The notes beneath the pieces are model-generated. The model searched no databases, was not told where the DNA came from, and worked only from the letters and a program-made list of their open reading frames with translations. A stretch of DNA of 39,079 bases from a virus (taxonomy: Duplodnaviria; Caudoviricetes). The stretch is taken from positions 1-39,079 of the IMG/VR virus record IMGVR_UViG_3300007960_000057. One strand, given 5' to 3'. Made by a program: the position numbers and the translations under genes. Positions 26,293 through 34,179 of the stretch are shown here, one piece after another; within the stretch, counting starts at the first letter, position 1; each line of letters opens with the position of its first letter.

Positions 26293-26738
26293 CCGCGCAT
26301 CAATCCACTTGAGCCACGTACGAATGGCGCTAACAGCTTGTCTAGTTCAGGCGTGCGCGGTTTGTATGTCACTTGAGAGCCTGATTCGTAGGTAACGGAC
26401 TTAGAGCCAACGCCATCGAGCGACTTGGATTCGGCAGCAATCAAAGCGCCAGCCATGGTCGCGGCGTCAAGCGTTAACCTCCCTGCTTGTTGCAGCTCAA
26501 CGGCTTTTAATGCAGCTTTCTTGATGGCTGCAATGCTGACCTCGGTAGTCGGCAGCTTCATTGCTTGGTCTGATGCTGCTGGTGAGCCTTTGAAGTTGTA
26601 ATACGTGTCAATAAAATCAGCCGACAGCACTAACGATGATTCGATAGTTAACCAATCGACGGAAAGACCGCGCTCGCAAGCGTAGGCTTCAAACTCTGCT
26701 TGTGTGCAGTATGCGTTGGTGCCGACTGTGATGGTCAT
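26289..26738 (-). CDS. Head-tail adaptor (DnaT-like ssDNA-binding fold family)
   Basis: NAY....F..Y...RG, ADFID...FKG.....Q...P, LL.PF motifs. Confidence 0.8.
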   Translation of the reverse strand: MTITVGTNAYCTQAEFEAYACERGLSVDWLTIESSLVLSADFIDTYYNFKGSPAASDQAMKLPTTEVSIAAIKKAALKAVELQQAGRLTLDAATMAGALIAAESKSLDGVGSKSVTYESGSQVTYKPRTPELDKLLAPFVRGSSGLMRG

Positions 26739-27025
26739 TATTTAGACTCCGCATTTGCTCGTTTATGTTCACGCCAGCGCGCCCAAACGATAAAAGACCG
26801 CTCAACGATTAGCAGTATAAGCGCGATTGCTGATAAAAAGTCCATCCAAGGGAATGACAAGACAATGTTGATTGTGTGGTTGACTGGCTCCGGTAAGTAG
26901 TCACGCAAGTTATAAACCGCGCTTGTACCGCCTGCCGCAGTTATCGCCTTGTGCGTCAGCGTTGACGTGTAATCATGCACGTTATCAATCATGTGATTTA
27001 GTAGACTTTTCATGCTCTCTTTCAT
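26738..27025 (-). CDS. Small membrane protein (holin-like)
   Basis: 95 aa; one clear TM segment (WMDFLSAIALILLIV) and a basic C-terminus. Confidence 0.65.
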   Translation of the reverse strand: MKESMKSLLNHMIDNVHDYTSTLTHKAITAAGGTSAVYNLRDYLPEPVNHTINIVLSFPWMDFLSAIALILLIVERSFIVWARWREHKRANAESK

Positions 27026-27048
27026 CGCGGATAATCTTTTGGACTCTC

Positions 27049-27507
27049 TTAACGCAATGATAGCCCATTAAGCCAACGCATACAATTAGCAGAAATGTAG
27101 TCAATAAGTCCGGCATCCTGTCTGCCTCCGCCACTGATTAATGTAGCAAGCGCGTAAGCGTTGATTAGTGTTATCAGGTACGGCTGCATCCTGTCAAAAT
27201 GTGTATCTAAATCAAAGTGGTAGTACACCGCTTGGTCGATTGCACCCAAAAAGTATACAGTACCAAAGCACAAAAAGATTGTACGAAATGTTGATAAATT
27301 TTTGATATTCGCCTGCGCGCAGTAGAAATAAAACGCAGAAACGATTAAGAAGGCTTGAAAATCTGTAGCTGTTACCGCTTGGATTGCTATGTAAGCCGCA
27401 AGTGATGCCAGCATAATAAAAGCTCTGCCGTTAAGCAGTGCAACAATGCACCACAAAACGGCAAGAGTCAGGTCGTAGTTATTTACGTTTAGGTTTCCGA
27501 CTTGCAT
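27049..27507 (-). CDS. Polytopic membrane protein (about 5 TM segments)
   Basis: 152 aa, mostly hydrophobic segments. Confidence 0.75.
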   Translation of the reverse strand: MQVGNLNVNNYDLTLAVLWCIVALLNGRAFIMLASLAAYIAIQAVTATDFQAFLIVSAFYFYCAQANIKNLSTFRTIFLCFGTVYFLGAIDQAVYYHFDLDTHFDRMQPYLITLINAYALATLISGGGRQDAGLIDYISANCMRWLNGLSLR

Positions 27508-27550
27508 TGTCTTTCTTGTCTTTTGAACCTTTAGTTGATGTACCGCTCAT
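27479..27550 (-). CDS. Small basic peptide (23 aa) MSGTSTKGSKDKKDNASRKPKRK
   Basis: AGGAG RBS 5 nt before ATG 27550; overlaps the start of the membrane-protein gene; below the ORF-track cutoff. Confidence 0.55.
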   Translation of the reverse strand: MSGTSTKGSKDKKDNASRKPKRK

Positions 27551-27619
27551 TGTGGCTCCTAGTTGGTTGATTCCTACGCCGTGACTCATCCGTGAGAAGC
27601 TCCGGCGATTTAGTGTAGG

Positions 27620-28279
27620 TTATTTTGTGGGCAGTTTCAAATAGCCTGCGTCGTAGAGCTCGCCAAGCACTTGGTTTGCTGTGCGAAACTCTGTCAGTGC
27701 AGCAAAAGCAGCATCAACAACCCGCTTTTTCTCTGCTTCGGCTTTGCGGTTGTGGTCGAGTGGGCGGAATGATGCATTTTCCATAAAATGCGCTTTTTCT
27801 TCGTTACCGTCATATTCAACAAACAAATCAACGCCAACATACCTAATTTGACCTCTTGACCATTTTTCAGAAGAGCCAAACCGGTATAAGAATTCACACT
27901 CAACACCAACCGGCGGCAACGCAATCGCTTTTTGGTTGTCGTAGTCGTACCAGTTTTCTTCTTGCGGCACTGGCTCAAGTGCAGGTGTTTCTAAATAACT
28001 CGTATCTGCTGGTTTGTAGCGTCGGTCAGTGATTTTGAATGTCGTTGCATCCAACCAGTCTGTGTCAGCAACGGCATAGTTATACGAGTACCATCCACCA
28101 TTTATGAATTTGCCAGCTACTTTTACTACAACACCACCGTCCAAATCCGGCTTCTTGCCATTCGTCGGATACTCAATACCGTAACGATAGCCGTTGATGT
28201 AGCCGCGGGCGGCGTCTGTTGTAGGCTCAAGCCGTTCATAACCACCGGTCATTGTTTTTGTGAATTCTCGTTTATTCAT
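27620..28279 (-). CDS. Hypothetical early-type protein, moron within the head cluster
   Basis: LPPVG.ECE...FRPL...LYDAGY mosaic motifs; has its own boxed promoter and AACAACGGAGG leader. Confidence 0.8.
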   Translation of the reverse strand: MNKREFTKTMTGGYERLEPTTDAARGYINGYRYGIEYPTNGKKPDLDGGVVVKVAGKFINGGWYSYNYAVADTDWLDATTFKITDRRYKPADTSYLETPALEPVPQEENWYDYDNQKAIALPPVGVECEFLYRFGSSEKWSRGQIRYVGVDLFVEYDGNEEKAHFMENASFRPLDHNRKAEAEKKRVVDAAFAALTEFRTANQVLGELYDAGYLKLPTK

Positions 28280-28284
28280 ACCAT

Positions 28285-28345
28285 CCTCCGTTGTTAGGTG
28301 CGTTAACTATAGCGCAGCCAATCAGCGGAAGTGGTACGACCAGTG
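28285..28345 (-). promoter_or_regulatory. FadR/GntR-like box + 17 nt + TATAGT + AACAACGGAGG leader (copy 3)
   Basis: Plus-strand AAGTGGTACGACCAGTG (28329-28345), 17 nt, -10 at 28311-28306, 10 nt, leader 28295-28285, 5 nt, ATG 28279. Confidence 0.72.
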
Positions 28346-28921
28346 CTACAAAATCACCTGGGTGGATAACTCAAACCAAGTAAACTGCACAAAAACAGAG
28401 TTTGTTGATGTTGAAGTATTTTCCAGCTCAATCAAGAAAACGGAGCTAGGCGCAAGCAGTCGGAAAGTGTCGCTTGTGTCTGTGGATCCTGAAACGCGAT
28501 TGCCGGAGCCAACAGAGCCATAGAGTGGCAGGTAAGTCACTTCGCTTGCTGCTGTCGGAGTTGGTGTCGTGATATCGTTGATAGTACTGGTTGATGGATA
28601 GACCGTGTCGTTGCGCAGATTCTTGATTGGTATCGCTGCACCAACAGTGCCGCCGGTATATGCGCCATAAGTGCGATAAATCAGCGCTTCCTTGTTCATC
28701 GTGATGTCGCGGCCAAGAAGCACCACGTACTTATCCGGCGGACACTCAAAGCGAATATAAGCCTTTGCACCTGCTGCAATCGATAGCGTCCGGTATGAGT
28801 AGTACCCAAGGCCGCGGCTTATCGCGTCGTCTCGATAGTTGAGTGCTTGCGTTGCGACACGGTCAAGCGTGTTTCCATAAAGCATCGAGCGCGCTGGAAA
28901 GCCATTTGGCGGATTGGCCAT
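28346..28921 (-). CDS. Hypothetical beta-rich, probably virion-associated protein
   Basis: ATG 28921 with AGGAG RBS; Thr/Ser-rich beta-sandwich-like sequence ending W.E; in the head cluster. Confidence 0.72.
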   Translation of the reverse strand: MANPPNGFPARSMLYGNTLDRVATQALNYRDDAISRGLGYYSYRTLSIAAGAKAYIRFECPPDKYVVLLGRDITMNKEALIYRTYGAYTGGTVGAAIPIKNLRNDTVYPSTSTINDITTPTPTAASEVTYLPLYGSVGSGNRVSGSTDTSDTFRLLAPSSVFLIELENTSTSTNSVFVQFTWFELSTQVIL

Positions 28922-28941
28922 AATTACAACTCCTAACAAAT

Positions 28942-28970
28942 AAAAAGACCGCTATTTAGCGGCCTTCTTT
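28942..28970 (-). terminator. Intrinsic terminator
   Basis: Minus strand GGCCGCTA-AA-TAGCGGTC followed by TTTTT; overlaps the stop of the 57-aa gene. Confidence 0.7.
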
Positions 28971-29125
28971 GGTTTAACTTCTGGTTTTGGGTCTTCGGTT
29001 GGATTTTCAAAGCCTTCTGGCATGTTTTGAATTTCATCAACGCGATAACCTTTTCTATTCCACTCGCGCTTTAAATCAATCGCTACTGGTGGAGTTAAAT
29101 AAACTACTTTACTAAATTGACTCAT
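28952..29125 (-). CDS. Small capsid-associated protein (57 aa)
   Basis: MSQFSKVVYLTPPVAIDLKREWNRKGYRVDEIQNMPEGFENPTEDPKPEVKPKKAAK; AGGGA RBS; the usual post-capsid position; missed by the ORF track. Confidence 0.7.
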   Translation of the reverse strand: MSQFSKVVYLTPPVAIDLKREWNRKGYRVDEIQNMPEGFENPTEDPKPEVKPKKAAK

Positions 29126-29145
29126 GATAAAAGTGTCCCTATAAT
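29117..29145 (+). promoter_or_regulatory. Near-consensus sigma70 promoter for the antisense HNH gene
   Basis: TTGACT (29117-29122), 17 nt, TATAAT (29140-29145). Confidence 0.75.
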
Positions 29146-29178
29146 TTTAGCTAACGTAAACACAATAAGGATTGGGAT

Positions 29179-29673
29179 ATGCAAAGTAGAAGCGATTTTG
29201 ACCATGAACTTCTTTCTGCGTTTCTGGATTATAACCCAGAGACAGGAAAATTGCACTGGAGGCACTCTGTCGGAAAGGCAAAGAAAGGAAACGAGGCGGG
29301 TAGCGTGTATCTCGGCTACAGGAAGATAACATTCATAGGTAGGGTATACGCAGCTCACAGAATAGCTTGGGCTATTCATTACAAAGAATCGCCGCCAGCT
29401 ATAGTTGATCACATAGACGGGGACGGACTGAACAACTCAATATCAAACCTTCGAGATGGGACTAACTGCAAGAACCAGCAAAATCAAACAAAGGCGCACT
29501 CGAGAAATAAAACTAGCGGCAGTCTTGGTGTCTCTAACTTTAATGGCAGGTGGAGGGCTAAGATATACCATAAAGGAAAATACATATTTCTTGGCTACCA
29601 CAAAACAGAAGAGGATGCGGCAAAGGCTTACATTGAGGCAAAAAGGAGGATTCACGAAGGATGCACAATATAA
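29179..29673 (+). CDS. Free-standing HNH homing endonuclease (HNH_3 + AP2-like), antisense to the late operon
   Basis: YNPETG, YAAHRIAW, VDHIDGDGLNNSISNLR, WRAKI...FLG...TEEDAAKAY. Confidence 0.9.
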   Translation: MQSRSDFDHELLSAFLDYNPETGKLHWRHSVGKAKKGNEAGSVYLGYRKITFIGRVYAAHRIAWAIHYKESPPAIVDHIDGDGLNNSISNLRDGTNCKNQQNQTKAHSRNKTSGSLGVSNFNGRWRAKIYHKGKYIFLGYHKTEEDAAKAYIEAKRRIHEGCTI

Positions 29674-29700
29674 AAAGGGGCTTTCGCCCCTTTCTTTTTT
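29672..29700. terminator. Bidirectional terminator between capsid and HNH genes
   Basis: AAAGGGGC-TTTC-GCCCCTTT flanked by an A-tract and a T-tract. Confidence 0.85.
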
Positions 29701-29708
29701 ATCAATGA

Positions 29709-30680
29709 TTAAGCTTTGGCTTCGTCACCAATGGTAACCACGCCAGCCGTATTCTTAATGTCGGTGGCCACTTTATCCCAGTTGGTTCCAAGGCCAAGTG
29801 CTGCGTCAGTCGGTGACTTGCCGCCGTTGGTTTCGTCCCATGTATAGCCTTTCAAGCCAAGACCGAACGAGTAGTCTACTTGGAGTGTTGTCTCAATACG
29901 AGTCTGACCGTTATTGGTTTGAACGTTGCTGATAACATCACCAGCATCGTGAACCACGGCAGCAGAGTCAACCAGTGACAGCGCATAAACCTTGTTAGGC
30001 GTACCAGCTACGCGCAATGCAGGGGCGTCGGTCACAATCATGGCTTTACCTAAGATATCAACAACGCGCACATTCTGAGATTGGAACAGTTGCGGCGTGT
30101 TGGTCAGGTTGTCACCAATCAACTTGTGGTAGGTAGCACCAGAAACAACAGTAGCAACTAAGTTTCCTGAACGGTCGCCAAACTTAGCGTGCGCGCCGTT
30201 CATGCTGGTATAGTTGATACCAGCTGTTGCAGATACGTCGTTAGTGGCGGCAGCTTGACCTGAAATTGCAGCGCGTAACGCTAGGATTGCAGTGTTCAAC
30301 TGGTCAGCCAACAAAGCTTCAGCAAAGTTACGGCTTGCCACTTCGATACCTGCGGCTGTTGGCATGGTTAACCAAGTCAGCTGTGAAGGCTCAAAACGGA
30401 TTGGGCCGAAACCGCCAGCGACTTTAACAGTCGACATTTTCAGTTGACTCAAGTCGGTTGCTGACGCTGATGCTTGAGCGGCGTAACGGTTAACGCGGCG
30501 TTGCGCTGAGTGAATTGATGCAAAGAAAGACTCTTGCAAGAAGTCACCAGTGAAGCCTGTTGTGGTCAAACGGATAGCGCCGTTTGATGCTTGGTTGAAT
30601 TTGTCAATCATCTGACCAAGCGTCTCGATAGTCGCTGGCATGATGTACTCGTTAAAAACCTGCATTTGTGATAATGCCAT
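29709..30680 (-). CDS. Major capsid protein
   Basis: 323 aa after the scaffold gene; FN.ASNGAI.L, GLGLKGY.WD, PTDA.L....NW, K.TAGV motifs; GAGG RBS; followed by a terminator. Confidence 0.9.
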   Translation of the reverse strand: MALSQMQVFNEYIMPATIETLGQMIDKFNQASNGAIRLTTTGFTGDFLQESFFASIHSAQRRVNRYAAQASASATDLSQLKMSTVKVAGGFGPIRFEPSQLTWLTMPTAAGIEVASRNFAEALLADQLNTAILALRAAISGQAAATNDVSATAGINYTSMNGAHAKFGDRSGNLVATVVSGATYHKLIGDNLTNTPQLFQSQNVRVVDILGKAMIVTDAPALRVAGTPNKVYALSLVDSAAVVHDAGDVISNVQTNNGQTRIETTLQVDYSFGLGLKGYTWDETNGGKSPTDAALGLGTNWDKVATDIKNTAGVVTIGDEAKA

Positions 30681-30692
30681 GATATACCTCGA

Positions 30693-31397
30693 TTAGTTGG
30701 TTGGTAGTTTAAACCGTTTTGCTAATGCAGCCACGCGCTCGTCGCGTGTGCCGCCTAAGTTGCCAACAGTCGAGGCACCGCCTGCACCTGTCGAGCCGTT
30801 TGCCTTGCCGCCACCTGTGGTAGTGACATTGCCTTTTAACAATGGAGCAAAGCTGTCATCTTTCAATAACTCCGCCTTGAATCCAGCTAAGTCCAACGAC
30901 GAGGCACCGCCATCATCATTTAAAAACGTAACTTTGCCAGTCTCAGGGTCAACATCAATACGGCTTGCTACAAGTCGCTTGAATGCTTTTGAGCCTGTCT
31001 CGGTGGCTAATTCCGACGCCAAATCCGCAACAACTGCGCTGCGCTTTTCAGCTTTAATAGCGCCAGTCATCTTGTCGATTCGTTCTTGAAATTGCTTGAT
31101 TGACTCACCATGTCGGCGCTCAAGGTCAGCAACAATCTCGTCTGTCTTGCCTTCAGCCTTCAACTTCTCAAGCGCCTTGCGCTCTGCTTCAGCCAGCTTT
31201 TCAGCTTGCTGCTTTTCAAATTCTGATAAACGGCTTTTTACCGTCTTGTTTTCTTCTTTGACGTTAAACGCTAGTTGCTTAAGCGCTAGGCTGTCTTTGT
31301 CTTGATAGCCTTTCTTACCGTCAACTTCTACCTCTACAAACTGATCGCGCCAATCTTCTGGCACTTTTTCTAATGATTCAACAAACATTGTAGGCAC
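30693..31397 (-). CDS. Capsid scaffolding protein
   Basis: Charged coiled coil with a Gly-rich C-terminal linker; between portal and capsid (the start may be ATG 31388). Confidence 0.82.
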   Translation of the reverse strand: MPTMFVESLEKVPEDWRDQFVEVEVDGKKGYQDKDSLALKQLAFNVKEENKTVKSRLSEFEKQQAEKLAEAERKALEKLKAEGKTDEIVADLERRHGESIKQFQERIDKMTGAIKAEKRSAVVADLASELATETGSKAFKRLVASRIDVDPETGKVTFLNDDGGASSLDLAGFKAELLKDDSFAPLLKGNVTTTGGGKANGSTGAGGASTVGNLGGTRDERVAALAKRFKLPTN

Positions 31398-31449
31398 CGC
31401 CTCTAGTTATGACGCACCGCGTCGCTGTAGTGATTTTATACCTGTCTTA

Positions 31450-32904
31450 CTAAGCCGTCAAATTATCGCCGCTGTCAATAGCATTGAGCACTGTTTCGGC
31501 GTCATCTTGTGACCATCCGCCATCGGCAAGCTCACGGATTGCTAGCTCTTTTGGCTTCAATCCAGCTAGTACAAGCTCCATGATAACCCGTACTTCATCA
31601 ACGGATAACTTGGATTTGGCAAACGTGCGAGGGATGGCAACTTGTACTTGGTCTTGTGATTGCTCGATAGCATCAGGCGCCCATAAGCCCTCAAACATGC
31701 CGCAGTAGAGAATAGCTTTCTGATAAGCCGTCTCTAAGCCTTGCGCCAGCTTCACAAGCCTTGCATTCGTTTCTGCCGCTGCAATCTCAGCCTCGGTTGC
31801 TGTTGCTGCTTTCACATCACCTTGCAGCACTGCGCCCATTTGGCGTGCTTCTTCGGTGTTGCGGTCAAAATATGATTCATACGTGCTAACCTGCACGTCA
31901 CAGCCGACCACCTCAACGCTACAGCCTTCTGGCAACGTGTTGCGACTGCCTGAACCCGTCTCGATGTACTCGCGGCCATTCATGGCTTGGAATTGCTCCA
32001 TGAAGTTAGCTTTTGCGCCAAACACGTAAGTCGTTGGCGGCAGGTTGCGGATGGTTTCTTTGTACTCAGCCGACATGCGGTAGCGTGATAATGCCAAGTC
32101 ACAGATTGGACTGATAAAACCCATTTGTTTAGGCAACAAGCCCGCTTTGATTTCTTCATCGGATGCAAACACAATCGGCAGCCACGTTAACGGTTTACCG
32201 CCAACCATGACATAGGACGGCTCGCCCATTTCCAGTGAGCTGCTGGCAGACTGCACGATTTTTTGTTGGTAGTAATTGCCGTCATCATCAAGCGCCACAA
32301 TCAGGTAAGACTTAACTGGCTTTAACGCCATCGTGGCTTTGTCGAACGTCTGGCCATCTTCAAGCAGCAGGATGTAGCTTAACTGCATCACGCCGTTGAT
32401 GCGCTCGAATGACCATGTGATCACTTTGTCGCGGTTGTACGCTTTGATGGTGGCTCGCGGGTTTAGCGTGCGAAGGTCAGCAATTGACAGCTCAGTCAGG
32501 TCAACATCCGACAAGCCTTGATAGTCCGCAAGCAGTGCTTGCCACTTGACCGACATAACTTCAGCAGCGGTTTGCTCCATCATGCCGTGCAATGTGGTGC
32601 CGTCGCCATCGGCGGATTCGGTCAGGTAGCTTAGCTTTTCAGGCATCGTGACCTCTGCGTCACTGATGCGCATACGGCCAATCAGGCTGTTAAGCGTTTG
32701 ACCGCCGTAGTTTTGATACTCAGCGTTTGCAAGATATGTGTTGTAACGCTCGTTGGCTTCCACAGTGTTCGTGTCAACGGTTGACGGATGCGGCAAAAGG
32801 TCGCGCCCTGCTTGCTTCACGAAAAACTCACCAGCCAGCGCGGTGCGTGTTTCTTCGATTTTCGGCAGCATTAGCGCCGCTTCTGGATGTAAGATAATTT
32901 GCAT
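31450..32904 (-). CDS. Portal protein (DUF4055-like)
   Basis: 484 aa; HP, RY..YL..A, DG.G.TL, L.DY, TATEA motifs; AGGAG RBS. Confidence 0.85.
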   Translation of the reverse strand: MQIILHPEAALMLPKIEETRTALAGEFFVKQAGRDLLPHPSTVDTNTVEANERYNTYLANAEYQNYGGQTLNSLIGRMRISDAEVTMPEKLSYLTESADGDGTTLHGMMEQTAAEVMSVKWQALLADYQGLSDVDLTELSIADLRTLNPRATIKAYNRDKVITWSFERINGVMQLSYILLLEDGQTFDKATMALKPVKSYLIVALDDDGNYYQQKIVQSASSSLEMGEPSYVMVGGKPLTWLPIVFASDEEIKAGLLPKQMGFISPICDLALSRYRMSAEYKETIRNLPPTTYVFGAKANFMEQFQAMNGREYIETGSGSRNTLPEGCSVEVVGCDVQVSTYESYFDRNTEEARQMGAVLQGDVKAATATEAEIAAAETNARLVKLAQGLETAYQKAILYCGMFEGLWAPDAIEQSQDQVQVAIPRTFAKSKLSVDEVRVIMELVLAGLKPKELAIRELADGGWSQDDAETVLNAIDSGDNLTA

Positions 32905-32917
32905 CTAATGCTCCTAG

Positions 32918-34012
32918 TTAAATTCCTGCACGTTTAAACGCTTCAGCGTCACGCTGCTTCAATTCGTCTAATGTTAGCGGATTCCCGAATGCATCGCTCA
33001 TACTTTCGATTTTAAGCCCGCCATCCATGAATAGTTTTGCCCGTGTCGCACCTAGCGAATCGATAATAAATTCAGGCGATTGCTGACGAAGCCATGCGTC
33101 TGGTGTTATGTCAGCTGGCACTTGTTCAACCGTGAACTTGTCCGAATCTTTGCGGCCTTTGTAGACGGGCTTCTCTCCGTCTGTTGGATAGTCTTTACCT
33201 GAACCAATAGCGGGAGCCATGCCAATCGGCTTATCCTGCCCAACTAGCAGATAGACATAGCTTGAGCGGCATCGGAAATGCCGCGGCAGTCTGACATAGC
33301 TGTCATCATCAAGCACCCACGTCCGCCCATGCAGTGAGCGGCAGCCTAAAGTCGTGCGATTGTCGAGCAAAGCCATAAAATACCGCTTATCAACAATATC
33401 CGCATTGTCTCTTGCCATTGCTTCGCGTGCACTGTTGGCGTGGTGCATCAACCCAGTACGCGCCAGCGCTTCTGCCTGTTGTCGCGCCAAACCATCGTTA
33501 AACACTTTCAGCGCTCGTGCCGTTTGCTGCACTGTTGCGCCTTTGACGTAGCCAGCTTTGATAAGGTTTTGATACTGCTGCACGTATTCGTCAGCAGCAG
33601 TATTGACGAATTCAGCCCATGCGCCGACTTTTACGCGCTCACCTTCGCCAAGTACCATTAAAGCCGCATTGACGTAATCAAGGATTGACTTGCTCCCAGG
33701 CACTTCAAGCTCAACATCATTCCACTTACCGATGAGTTCGGCGTAATAGCTTGCCTCGTAAACAGCCAGCTTTTGATACTCTTTCGTCACGTCTTGCCAT
33801 GCTGGATTGAATTGCTCAAGCAGCGCAGCTTTTACCGCTTTGTTGATGCGGTTTAATGCCGTTGGACTGCCAATCTGCTCAGCGTCAAGCAGGATGGTGC
33901 GAACGTCTTTGTACGCCGCATCCAATGACGGGTAAATCTTAGTCTTGAGCAAGTCGGTCGCTAGTCGCTGCATTAGCGCTTCGTGCCGTAGCTGGTCTGC
34001 TGTTAAGCTCAT
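32918..34012 (-). CDS. Head morphogenesis protein (SPP1 gp7 / Mu gpF-like)
   Basis: A.ALART, LD.RTT..CRSL.G, P.HF.CRS, WL..Q, LG..RAKLF motifs. Confidence 0.88.
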   Translation of the reverse strand: MSLTADQLRHEALMQRLATDLLKTKIYPSLDAAYKDVRTILLDAEQIGSPTALNRINKAVKAALLEQFNPAWQDVTKEYQKLAVYEASYYAELIGKWNDVELEVPGSKSILDYVNAALMVLGEGERVKVGAWAEFVNTAADEYVQQYQNLIKAGYVKGATVQQTARALKVFNDGLARQQAEALARTGLMHHANSAREAMARDNADIVDKRYFMALLDNRTTLGCRSLHGRTWVLDDDSYVRLPRHFRCRSSYVYLLVGQDKPIGMAPAIGSGKDYPTDGEKPVYKGRKDSDKFTVEQVPADITPDAWLRQQSPEFIIDSLGATRAKLFMDGGLKIESMSDAFGNPLTLDELKQRDAEAFKRAGI

Positions 34013-34179
34013 TCCGCCAAATCCTTAACCGCTGTTGCGAGTATCTGTATCATCTGCGCTTTGTCTCCGTGATACGGCAAGCCTTGCGCAAGCCTGCGAA
34101 TATCCGTCAAGCATAACACATGCACGCCATCCGGTAACACTACAACAATATGCGGCTGGCGCTCGGATAAGTCGGTCAT
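34009..34179 (-). CDS. Hypothetical protein (56 aa)
   Basis: ATGA-coupled to both TerL and the head morphogenesis gene. Confidence 0.65.
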   Translation of the reverse strand: MTDLSERQPHIVVVLPDGVHVLCLTDIRRLAQGLPYHGDKAQMIQILATAVKDLAE

